From positions 1 to 24,129 of IMG/VR virus record IMGVR_UViG_3300044490_000127: a stretch of DNA of 24,129 bases; one strand, 5' to 3'. The stretch's first letter is position 1, and every line of letters starts with the position of its first letter. This DNA comes from a virus. Taxonomy: Duplodnaviria > Caudoviricetes. The translations under genes and the position numbers were made by a program. This document shows, piece by piece, positions 7,963 to 16,406 of this stretch. Under the pieces are notes generated by a model, which saw nothing but the letters and a program-made list of their open reading frames with translations, ran no database searches and was not told the origin of the DNA.

Positions 7963-8511
7963 ATGGCAAGAGAGTCATCAATTGATTTGCTAAGTGCTGA
8001 GGATAAAACTTGGCTTGATAAGCGGTTTATGGATCAAGGTTTTTGTGGTTATGAAGAAATTGCAAAAATTCTGCAAGAGCGTGGTTACAACGTCAGCAAG
8101 TCAAGCGTACATCGTTATGGTCAAAAAGTAGAACAAAAACTTGCTGCGGTTCAGGCCAGTACTCAAGCAGCCATGATGATTGCCGATGCTGCGCCCGATG
8201 ATAGTGATATGCGTAGCTCTGCTGTTTTATCGTTGGTTCAGACTGAATTGTTTAATGCACTCATTGCTTTACAAGAATCAGAAAATCCTGATGCAGACCC
8301 AGCAGATCGAATCATGCTCATGGCAAAAGCTGGTAAAGGTATTGCTGAAATTGCCAAAGCCTCTGTGAACCAAAAAAAATGGCAATCAGAAGTTAACGAG
8401 CGTGTTCAACAAGCTGCTAAAGCTGTAGAAAAAATTGTCAAAAAAGGCGGTATGTCTAAAGATACTGTTGATGAAGTTAAGAAAGAAATCTTAGGGATTA
8501 TTGGTTTATGA
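7963..8511 (+). CDS. Mu gp27-like protein (DUF3486), putative small terminase subunit
   Basis: MARESSIDLL...GYNVSKSSVHRYG signature; directly upstream of terL. Confidence 0.85.
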   Translation: MARESSIDLLSAEDKTWLDKRFMDQGFCGYEEIAKILQERGYNVSKSSVHRYGQKVEQKLAAVQASTQAAMMIADAAPDDSDMRSSAVLSLVQTELFNALIALQESENPDADPADRIMLMAKAGKGIAEIAKASVNQKKWQSEVNERVQQAAKAVEKIVKKGGMSKDTVDEVKKEILGIIGL

Positions 8512-10064
8512 GCGAACAAAAAGTCACTGATCCACGGGAGATTCTTAACTCAGCGGGTTATGAAGATGTGCCAGCAGTATTGTTGCCATATCAGCAAGCT
8601 TGGATTGCTGATAAAAGTCCCTTGAAGATTGCGGAAAAATCCCGTCGTATTGGCCTAACATGGGCCGAGGCAGCTGATGCTGTTTTAGATGCTGCAAGTG
8701 ATGGTGGTCAGAATTGTTATTACCTTGGATATAACAAGGATATGACAGTTGAATTTATTCAAGCTTGCGCTATGTGGGCAAAGGCATTTGATGCTGCCTG
8801 TAGTGAAGTTGAAGAAGGCCTTTGGGAGGATGGTGATAAACACATTCAGACTTTCACTATTCGCTTTCCTAAGTCTGGTAAACGTATTGAGGCTTTAACT
8901 TCACGCCCATCAAACTTGCGTGGTCGCCAAGGTCGTGTTGTGCTGGATGAATATGGATTCCATGAGCAACAATCAGAGCTTTTAAAGGCAGCTATTGCGC
9001 TATTGATTTGGGGCGGTTGTGTGCGAGTTATTAGTACACATGATGGTGAAGATAATCCATTTAATGAACTGATCAAAGAAATTCGAGCTGGTAAACGTAA
9101 AGGTACAGTTCACCGTACAACTTTCCGTGAAGCTGTAGATCAAGGTCTATATAAGCGTGTTTGCTTACGTAAGAAGATTAAGTACAACAAAGCTGAAGAA
9201 GAAGCTTGGGTGGAAGATACTTATAAATTCTATGGTGATGCAGCTGATGAAGAACTTGATGTTATTCCGAGTAAAGGTGGTGGACGCTGGTTACCTCTAT
9301 CACTACTTGAGGGTAAAAAAGATGCTTCAGTCCCTGTTATACGTTTCGAGGCTCCGAAAGGCTGGGATGATTTTAATAATGTCAGTGAAGAAACTCGTAA
9401 TGCTGAAGTCAAAGAATTTTTTGATGAGCATTTATTGCCACTTTTGGAAGCATTGCCGCCAAAGGCAAATAGTTTTTATGGCCTAGACTTTGCGCGTAAG
9501 CAGAATGCTTGTTCATTTTGGCCTCTAATTGAACAGCAAAATACAAAGAAGAAAATCCCATTTCTTTTTGAGATGTTTAAAGTCCCCTATAAACAACAAG
9601 AAGAGTTTCTACGTCTCATTGTTGCCAAGCTGCCTAATTTTAGTAAAGGCGCACATGATGCTGGTGGTAATGGTGGTTTCTTGGCGGAAGCTATGCAGGT
9701 ACTTCATGGGGATCGAATCGAAGCAGTCATGCTTACAGAATCATGGTATCGGGAACATACTCCACATTTTAAAGCCGCTCTAGAGGATGGTGATATTGAG
9801 AATATGCCTGCCGATCAAGATGTCATGGAGGATCACCGTGCATTTGTTTTGGTGAATGGCGTTGCACGTATACCAGCAATGGGAAAATCTAACTCAAATA
9901 ATAAAGACCGACATGGTGATAGCGCCATAGCACATTTACTTGCTGACTACGCATCAAAGAATCCTAGTGCTCCAATTGAATTTACTCCACTACCGTCAAA
10001 AGAGGAAATGGAGCTGAATTCAGATGATTATGATGATTGGTCTGGTTCTGTTGGGTGGTTTTAG
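8508..10064 (+). CDS. terminase large subunit (Mu gp28-like)
   Basis: LLPYQ, EKSRRIGLTW, LRGRQGRVVLDE, GLDFAR and HGDSAIA motifs. Confidence 0.95.
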   Translation: MSEQKVTDPREILNSAGYEDVPAVLLPYQQAWIADKSPLKIAEKSRRIGLTWAEAADAVLDAASDGGQNCYYLGYNKDMTVEFIQACAMWAKAFDAACSEVEEGLWEDGDKHIQTFTIRFPKSGKRIEALTSRPSNLRGRQGRVVLDEYGFHEQQSELLKAAIALLIWGGCVRVISTHDGEDNPFNELIKEIRAGKRKGTVHRTTFREAVDQGLYKRVCLRKKIKYNKAEEEAWVEDTYKFYGDAADEELDVIPSKGGGRWLPLSLLEGKKDASVPVIRFEAPKGWDDFNNVSEETRNAEVKEFFDEHLLPLLEALPPKANSFYGLDFARKQNACSFWPLIEQQNTKKKIPFLFEMFKVPYKQQEEFLRLIVAKLPNFSKGAHDAGGNGGFLAEAMQVLHGDRIEAVMLTESWYREHTPHFKAALEDGDIENMPADQDVMEDHRAFVLVNGVARIPAMGKSNSNNKDRHGDSAIAHLLADYASKNPSAPIEFTPLPSKEEMELNSDDYDDWSGSVGWF

Positions 10065-10798
10065 AAAATTCTTTCAACCCGCATATGTCTGTTTCCATTG
10101 TCATAAATTGTGGCTATCTTATATTTATGCTCATACTTGCGACCTAAAATATTTTCAAACCCAATAGTTATTTCTCGTTCAACATCTTTGTTTTCTCGGT
10201 AAAGTGCATCTTCAACAGGAGTAAATGATGAATTAAATACTTGACGGTACTCTTTAGGGAAAAATTCAAAATCCTGCTTTGTATTAGGTAAATGTTCAAG
10301 AGTAATATGCTTTGCTGCATTTTCACTTTGATTTGTAAGAGTAAAACTAAAATAAATCCTGCCATATTCGACACCAACTAAAGCTTGAAAACTAATCACT
10401 GGCGCAAGAGTATTATGTCTATCTTCTAATTCAGCTTGCTGTAGTTGCGCCATTATTTTCTGTTGATCAACAGACTCTTTCATTTCAGCGACTTGTAATT
10501 GTAGCGCTTCAGTACTTGCTCTTAACTCTTCACTTTGAATCCTGATTGATTCATTGTTTTGCTTATATCCCAAGATTAAAAATAAAAAAGCTAATGGTGC
10601 AAAAGCACCTGCTAGAAAGTCACCTAATTCATTTGAAGGGAGTAAAACATTTTTCCCCTCACTTAAGCAAAATATTAGGGTGTATAAAATAATGAAAGAT
10701 AAATATAAAACAACTACCCAAAAGACCCATGTTTTATAAATAGGTGTTTTTGGTGTTGGTGTTGGTGTTGGTGTTGGTGTTGGTGTTGGATTTTGCAC
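10061..10798 (-). CDS. AT-rich moron membrane protein with N-terminal PT repeat
   Basis: Antisense to the late genes; two TM segments, NELGDFLAGAFAPLAF motif, coiled coil; GTG start with GGGGGAAG upstream. Confidence 0.8.
   Translation of the reverse strand: MQNPTPTPTPTPTPTPKTPIYKTWVFWVVVLYLSFIILYTLIFCLSEGKNVLLPSNELGDFLAGAFAPLAFLFLILGYKQNNESIRIQSEELRASTEALQLQVAEMKESVDQQKIMAQLQQAELEDRHNTLAPVISFQALVGVEYGRIYFSFTLTNQSENAAKHITLEHLPNTKQDFEFFPKEYRQVFNSSFTPVEDALYRENKDVEREITIGFENILGRKYEHKYKIATIYDNGNRHMRVERIF
10751..10789. repeat. hexanucleotide microsatellite (TGGTGT)x6.5
   Basis: Read directly; encodes PTPTPTPTPTPTP on the minus strand. Confidence 0.95.
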
Positions 10799-10842
10799 GG
10801 AAAGACTTCCCCCTGATTATCAAGTTTTAATTTTTTAATAAT
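10795..10842 (+). promoter_or_regulatory. putative late promoter 2 (methyltransferase), degenerate copy
   Basis: GCACGGAAAGACTTCCCCCTGAT followed by AATAAT at 10837, the same spacing as the other four copies. Confidence 0.55.
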
Positions 10843-10846
10843 TCAA

Positions 10847-10946
10847 AACGAGGTGACGACTCTTGTTGGAGCAAGAGTCGCCCCCTTTGGTAAAAGTGCT
10901 ACCGCAGGCTTAGCCTCGTTACTGTGCACACAGTTATTGCAGGCTA
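10847..10946 (+). ncRNA. putative structured cis-regulatory leader RNA of the methyltransferase
   Basis: Stems AACGAGG/CCTCGTT, CGACTCTTG/CAAGAGTCG, GGTA/TACC and ACTGT/ACAGT, with an alternative TAGCCT/AGGCTA pairing. Confidence 0.5.
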
Positions 10947-10980
10947 TCAAAAATGAAAAAGTTTTGCAGTAGGTGAAATA

Positions 10981-11748
10981 ATGAAAACCAAGCCAATTGT
11001 TCCTTGGATGGGTGGTAAGCGTCGTCTGGTGTCGCAACTGATTGAAAAAATGCCAGAACATAAGTGTTATGTAGAATTGTTTGCAGGCGGCGCAGCTTTA
11101 TTTTTTATGCGTGAAGAACAATCAAAAGTTGAAGTCATTAATGATTTGAATGGTGAGCTGGTGAACTTGTATCGAGTTGTTCAGCATCACCTTGAAGAGT
11201 TCGTTCGCCAATTTAAATGGGCGCTGGTCAGTCGCCAGATGTTTGAATGGCTTAAATCTGCAAGTGTTGAAATGATGACTGACATTCAACGTGCAGCTCG
11301 TTTCTATTATTTGCAGCACACAGCATTTGGAGCAAAGGTGTCTGGTCAAACTTTTGGTACAGCAACCACAGCTCGACCAGTGAATTTACTCCGAATCGAA
11401 GAACAATTGAGTGAAGCGCATTTGCGTCTCTCAGGAGTGACAGTTGAGCATTTAACTTGGGATGCATGTTTACTGAAGTATGATCGTCTTCATAGCTTTA
11501 TGTATGCCGATCCACCGTACTGGAAATTAGCTGGCTATGGTGTAGGTTTTGGTTTAGATCAATATGAAAAAATGGCTGAGCTAATGAAGACCTGTAAAAG
11601 TAAAGTTATGCTCTCGATAAATGATCATGAAGACATGCGTGCCACATTTGATGGGCTGAATATTGCAACCACCAAAATTAAATATTCAGTGGGTAATTCT
11701 GGCTCAGGACGTGATGAAAAACAGGAACTCATCATCACCAATTACTGA
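10981..11748 (+). CDS. DNA adenine methyltransferase (Dam/D12 class)
   Basis: WMGGKRRL, YVELFAGGAA, INDLN and YADPPY motifs; AGGTG RBS. Confidence 0.93.
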   Translation: MKTKPIVPWMGGKRRLVSQLIEKMPEHKCYVELFAGGAALFFMREEQSKVEVINDLNGELVNLYRVVQHHLEEFVRQFKWALVSRQMFEWLKSASVEMMTDIQRAARFYYLQHTAFGAKVSGQTFGTATTARPVNLLRIEEQLSEAHLRLSGVTVEHLTWDACLLKYDRLHSFMYADPPYWKLAGYGVGFGLDQYEKMAELMKTCKSKVMLSINDHEDMRATFDGLNIATTKIKYSVGNSGSGRDEKQELIITNY

Positions 11749-11871
11749 AGCATGGTGTTTATAGATTTATAAATCTTTATAAACGCTCTTTACGGCTTTT
11801 GTTTTGTATTTTGCTGCAATGATCCGTAAAACAGAATAAGTCGCTTAAATCGCAAATCAGCGCATGAAATT

Positions 11872-11919
11872 GGGCGGAAGCATTTCCGCCTGATTTTAAG
11901 GCCGCTAAAATTTCACAAT
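11872..11919 (+). promoter_or_regulatory. putative late promoter 3 (portal)
   Basis: GGGCGGAAGCATTTCCGCCTGAT followed by CACAAT at 11914. Confidence 0.7.
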
Positions 11920-11953
11920 GGTGCAGAATCCTCAAACTGTATTTGCATCTATC

Positions 11954-13531
11954 ATGGCTAAAAAAGACCGCACTTCTAAAAAACAAGATCGTACTGCACT
12001 TGAAACTAATCAGACTGCTGAAATTGCATGGCTAACAAATCAGGCTCAAGAACATCCTGTTGTTGGAATGACGCCACAGCATTTGTATCGCTTACTCACC
12101 GATGCTGAACAAGGCAATTTACAAGCTCAAGCTGACCTATTTGCGGACATGGAAGAACGTGACGGCCATATATTTTCCGAAATGGATAAACGCAAGAAAG
12201 GCATTAACGGTCTGGACTGGGGTGTTAAGCCACCAAAAAATGCATCTGAGCAAGAAAAGAAAATTGCTGAAGAAGTTCGTGAATGGATTGAGGACATTCA
12301 AGACTTTGAAATGTTTTTGTTTGATGCGATGGATGCTGTTGGGCATGGTTACAGCTGTCAAGAAATTGAATGGCATCAAGTTGGCAACTTATGGCTGCCG
12401 AAAAGCTTTGAGCATCAATTGGCGCGTAATTTCATGACGCCATTCGATAAACCCAATGAGCTGCGCCTAAATGACGGTAGTCCAGAGGGTGCAGAGTTTT
12501 GGGACTTTGGATGGTTTATTCATCGTCATAAAGCTAAATCAGGATACATTGCCCGATCTGGGTTACACCGAATTTTGTGCTGGCCGTTTATCTTTAAGAA
12601 TTATGGCATTCGTGATGTGATGCAGTTCCTTGAAGTTTATGGTTTACCTATTCGCCTTGGTAAATATCCTTCAGGTGCAACCGATCAGGAAAAAATGACT
12701 TTACTGCGTGCAGTTATGTCTATAGGGCGTAATGCTGGAGGGATTATCCCTAATGGTATGAGCCTAGACTTTGAGTCAGCTGCTGACGGTGACACCAAAA
12801 ATCACATGTCACTAATTGATTGGTGTGAGAAAACAGCTTCAAAAATTATTGTTGGTGGAACTTTATTAAGTCAGGCTGACGGTAAAACCAGTACCAATGC
12901 CCAATCAAATACACATGAAATCCAGTTTGAAAAGATTAAAAAGTCTGATGCTAAACAATTAGCAAGGTCATTAACGGATTACCTTGTCAGCCCTTTGATG
13001 CGGCTGAACTATCCAAATATACAACCTGACCGTTATCCGAGCTTTTTCTTTGATACATCTGATACTGAAGATATGGAGGTATTTGGTAATTCTCTTGAAA
13101 AATTGGTACGTGTTGGCATGAGAATCCCTGTGTCATGGCCTCATGAAAGGCTTGGTATTCCACAGCCTGCCGATGACAAAGAACCAATCCTAACAATTCA
13201 AAATGGGCCTGTGCCTAATTTGGCAATGAACACATACCAGCCTCAATTGTTGGGCGGTATTATTGCTGCCAATTCTGCGCAGCTCCCTATTGAAGAGCAA
13301 GCTCTGCAACTGTTGCTGAAGGATCAGACCAATATTGCACAAGACACGGTTGAGTCGTGGACCAAGCAGCTCTTGGCAAAAATGCAGTCAGGCAATGAAG
13401 AAGAAATACTTGCGCTTTTACAGGATGCATATCCAGCTGATGACGAACCAGCATTACAGGAAAAACTCACACGCTTGATATTTGCAAGTGAAGTATTGGG
13501 CCGTCTGAGTGTTCAAGCGGAGCAAAGCTAA
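11954..13531 (+). CDS. portal protein (Mu gp29-like, DUF935)
   Basis: DLFADMEERDGH, FLEVYGLPIRLGKYP and SKIIVGGTL motifs. Start moved to 11954 because ATG 11918 overlaps the predicted -10. Confidence 0.93.
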   Translation: MAKKDRTSKKQDRTALETNQTAEIAWLTNQAQEHPVVGMTPQHLYRLLTDAEQGNLQAQADLFADMEERDGHIFSEMDKRKKGINGLDWGVKPPKNASEQEKKIAEEVREWIEDIQDFEMFLFDAMDAVGHGYSCQEIEWHQVGNLWLPKSFEHQLARNFMTPFDKPNELRLNDGSPEGAEFWDFGWFIHRHKAKSGYIARSGLHRILCWPFIFKNYGIRDVMQFLEVYGLPIRLGKYPSGATDQEKMTLLRAVMSIGRNAGGIIPNGMSLDFESAADGDTKNHMSLIDWCEKTASKIIVGGTLLSQADGKTSTNAQSNTHEIQFEKIKKSDAKQLARSLTDYLVSPLMRLNYPNIQPDRYPSFFFDTSDTEDMEVFGNSLEKLVRVGMRIPVSWPHERLGIPQPADDKEPILTIQNGPVPNLAMNTYQPQLLGGIIAANSAQLPIEEQALQLLLKDQTNIAQDTVESWTKQLLAKMQSGNEEEILALLQDAYPADDEPALQEKLTRLIFASEVLGRLSVQAEQS

Positions 13532-14790
13532 TGCCTACAGCACAACGGCCAGAGCTGAACGCTCTGTTTACATTGCCCCCTGAAGATGCAATTTCTTATT
13601 TAGAAAATAAAGGCTTCAAGATTGGCTGGGACTGGCATGAAACACTTGATAATGCGCACAGCAAAGCATTTACCGTGGCAAAAGTTGCACGTATGGATCT
13701 GCTCCAAGATATTCGCCAGTCGTTAATTACAGCGATGCAGCAAGGCCAGTCGCTTGAGCAGTGGAAAGCTAGTATTACACCTACGCTTCAAGACAAAGGC
13801 TGGTGGGGAAAGAAAATAGTCGTTAACCCTGAAGGCCGTGAACAGGAAGTACAGCTTGGCAGCCCACGCCGATTGCGAACAATTTATGAAACAAACATGC
13901 AATCTGCTTTTGCAGCTGGCCGTTATAAAGCCATGCTTGCAGGTGCTGAAACTCGTCCATATTGGGAATGGCGTCATATCTCCATTAGTAACCCGCGCAA
14001 ACAACATGTGGCATTGAATGGCAAGATTTTTAGTTATGACGATCCATTTTGGTCGGTAGCCTATCCACCGTCAGAATGGGGTTGTAAATGCCGTATTATT
14101 GCCAGATCCAGTCGTGAGGTTGAAGGCAAAGAAATATTAACTGGCAAAGGTCATGCCAGAACAATTAATGAAAAAGTTGGTACAGATCGTAATACTGGCA
14201 TGAATGTTATTGCCAAACGGACTCAATTTAATATTCCAACCAAAGACGGCACACTGATCTTCGCTCCAGCAGCTGGCTTCAATGGATCACCAGCTACCAG
14301 TTATTTGATTGATAATGTAATGGCGCAGCGGGCAACAGATTTAATGGGTTCGTACAAAGGATTAAAACAAACTCAGGAATTATTGAATACACCAACACGG
14401 GCTAAAATCCACGAAAAGTTTATTCAGAATGCCTTGCGTTTGGCTGAACCTAGAAATGAGACCAGTACCATTGGCTCCCTTCAGGATGCTGCCGTGAAAT
14501 CACTCTTCAGCAGAGGCGTGCCGCTTGAATCACCAATTTTATTTTTAAGTGATGCAATAATTGTTAATAAAGAATATTCGGGTGTAGCGGTTAGTCGTTT
14601 GATAGCCTTACCTCAGTTAATTACTGAAGCCAAGCAAGTATTTTGGGACCCTAAAAGCGAGCTATTGTTTTATGTCCTTGAGAAGGATGTTGTTCAGTTC
14701 TCAATGAGTGGAACAACTGGCACTTTTGGTGTGTCTAAGATTGTGCGAAAAAAAGACTGGCAATCTGAAGGACTGGAGTTGATTCAATGA
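13531..14790 (+). CDS. MuF (gp30) head morphogenesis protein with C-terminal extension
   Basis: AFTVAK, RRLRTIYETN and YPPSEWGCKC motifs, plus roughly 160 aa of extra C-terminus. Confidence 0.9.
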   Translation: MPTAQRPELNALFTLPPEDAISYLENKGFKIGWDWHETLDNAHSKAFTVAKVARMDLLQDIRQSLITAMQQGQSLEQWKASITPTLQDKGWWGKKIVVNPEGREQEVQLGSPRRLRTIYETNMQSAFAAGRYKAMLAGAETRPYWEWRHISISNPRKQHVALNGKIFSYDDPFWSVAYPPSEWGCKCRIIARSSREVEGKEILTGKGHARTINEKVGTDRNTGMNVIAKRTQFNIPTKDGTLIFAPAAGFNGSPATSYLIDNVMAQRATDLMGSYKGLKQTQELLNTPTRAKIHEKFIQNALRLAEPRNETSTIGSLQDAAVKSLFSRGVPLESPILFLSDAIIVNKEYSGVAVSRLIALPQLITEAKQVFWDPKSELLFYVLEKDVVQFSMSGTTGTFGVSKIVRKKDWQSEGLELIQ

Positions 14791-15263
14791 CGATAGAACT
14801 GGGCAATAGAGAGCTAAGGACTCGACTGACTCGCGTTGCTGAAGCAATGCTTGATACATCTCCTTTGGGGCACTCAATTGCCAATAGCTTTTTGACTGTT
14901 ACCGAAGACAACTTTGATTCTGAAGGCCGTCCTGCATGGGCAGGTTTGAGTCCAGTTACCTTGGAGCGTCGTAAGTCAGGGAAAAAGCTTTTCCAATCAG
15001 GTCAGTTGCGTCGCAGCATTACTACAAGAGTTTCAGACAATGAGGTCGAGATTGGGACTAATGACCCTAAAGCACCAACAATGCATTTTGGTGCGAAGCA
15101 AGGTCAATATGGCAAGTCTTCAAGAAATGGGCCTTTGCCTTGGGGGAATATTCCTGCCAGACCATTTTTACCAATGGATGAGAACGGCAATTTACAACAT
15201 GAGGCAGAGCTTGCCATATTTGATGATGTAGACCATTACTGGCATCAATTATTTAATTTCTAA
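14787..15263 (+). CDS. virion morphogenesis protein (Mu gpG/gp31-like)
   Basis: LFQSGQLRRSI, IGTN..A..HFG and IPARPFL motifs. Confidence 0.88.
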   Translation: MTIELGNRELRTRLTRVAEAMLDTSPLGHSIANSFLTVTEDNFDSEGRPAWAGLSPVTLERRKSGKKLFQSGQLRRSITTRVSDNEVEIGTNDPKAPTMHFGAKQGQYGKSSRNGPLPWGNIPARPFLPMDENGNLQHEAELAIFDDVDHYWHQLFNF

Positions 15264-15267
15264 AACT

Positions 15268-15315
15268 GGGCGGAAGTGTTTCCGCCTGATCTTTTTTCTC
15301 CCCTCATTCTAATCT
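15268..15315 (+). promoter_or_regulatory. putative late promoter 4 (protease; analogous to Mu PI)
   Basis: GGGCGGAAGTGTTTCCGCCTGAT followed by TAATCT at 15310. Confidence 0.7.
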
Positions 15316-15342
15316 CATACCATCGTTTTAAAAGTCGATGTT

Positions 15343-16404
15343 ATGAACAAATTACTCGTAGCCCTTTGCGCTTTCGACATAAAGTTATCTGCTGATAAGT
15401 TGGTGCTTATTCCTGAAGGAATTTTTAAAGGCATTGATGGTCGTCCGTTTGATGCACCTTACTGGCGTTTAACGCCAGAAAATGGTCGCGCATTAGCAGC
15501 TCAACTGAACACTCGAACTATTGATATGCTCGTTGATTATGAGCATGCAATTATTGCTGCAAAACAAGAAGGCAAAGAAGCTCCAGCTTCAGGTTGGCTG
15601 CGAGCTGGTGGCTTTGAATATGTGGATGGTGTTGGTCTATGTTCTAACAATTGGTCATGGACTAAAAAAGCCAAAGACTATATTGAAGCTGAAGAATACA
15701 AATACCTTTCACCATTCATTTTATACGACGCAACTGGGGATGTTCATGGCCTCATTAACGTTGCACTAACTAACACTCCAAATATCGACTCTCTACCGCC
15801 TGCAAAACTTGCAGCAGCGGCACAGGATTTTTTGTCTCAAAACCGTGAGGATTCAACAATGAATGAGTTTCTAAAGCTCATGCTCAAAAAAATCGGTTTG
15901 TCTGAAACTGCAACTGAGCAGGAAGCGATTGCTGCTGCAAATAGCGCTTTTGGCAAATTTGATACTGCGTTTGGAACTACTGTCTCTGGTGAACAAACAC
16001 TGGACGCTGCTTTTACCAAGGCGATTGAAGTTAAGACAGCTGCAAATAATCAAGCAACTGTTGATCCAACTCAATTTGTACCTATGGCTGTATATCAAGA
16101 GGCTGTAAATCAGGCTGGTGCAGCAGAAGCAGCCAACAAGGCTAAAGAAATTAACGACCTCATTGATGCTGCATGTAGTGATGGTCGTCTAACTGGTGCA
16201 ACAACAATTAACTGGATTAAAGAACAAGCAAAGACTAATCCAGAATTTGTAAAAACTCATATTGAAAGCTTGCCAAAAATTGCAGCTTTAACCCAAAAGC
16301 AAACCACTACTCAACAACAAAGCCAGCCTAACCAACAGCAGGTTTCTGCTGAGACATTAGCTGTCGGTAATTTGATGGGTATTGACTGGAACGAGGCTAA
16401 ATAA
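15343..16404 (+). CDS. prohead protease/scaffold (Mu gpI-like)
   Basis: VDYEH, APASGW, EYKYLSP and ALTNTP motifs. Confidence 0.92.
   Translation: MNKLLVALCAFDIKLSADKLVLIPEGIFKGIDGRPFDAPYWRLTPENGRALAAQLNTRTIDMLVDYEHAIIAAKQEGKEAPASGWLRAGGFEYVDGVGLCSNNWSWTKKAKDYIEAEEYKYLSPFILYDATGDVHGLINVALTNTPNIDSLPPAKLAAAAQDFLSQNREDSTMNEFLKLMLKKIGLSETATEQEAIAAANSAFGKFDTAFGTTVSGEQTLDAAFTKAIEVKTAANNQATVDPTQFVPMAVYQEAVNQAGAAEAANKAKEINDLIDAACSDGRLTGATTINWIKEQAKTNPEFVKTHIESLPKIAALTQKQTTTQQQSQPNQQQVSAETLAVGNLMGIDWNEAK
15859..16404 (+). CDS. probable nested in-frame scaffold protein (Mu gpZ-like)
   Basis: Internal GAGGATTCAACA-ATG in frame with gpI, just after the protease domain. Confidence 0.6.
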   Translation: MNEFLKLMLKKIGLSETATEQEAIAAANSAFGKFDTAFGTTVSGEQTLDAAFTKAIEVKTAANNQATVDPTQFVPMAVYQEAVNQAGAAEAANKAKEINDLIDAACSDGRLTGATTINWIKEQAKTNPEFVKTHIESLPKIAALTQKQTTTQQQSQPNQQQVSAETLAVGNLMGIDWNEAK

Positions 16405-16406
16405 TC

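Noticed and set aside
10847-10934. Leader structure as a tRNA
   Set aside because: The multi-stem fold lacks the D-arm, anticodon-arm and TTC-arm geometry and has no CCA end.
10843-11061. 72-aa minus-strand ORF with CNNC as a Com-like zinc finger
   Set aside because: Only one CxxC, no KCPRC-type second pair, and it overlaps the methyltransferase start in antisense.
11918-11953. Longer start for the portal protein
   Set aside because: The ATG overlaps the predicted -10 hexamer and so lies upstream of the likely transcript start.
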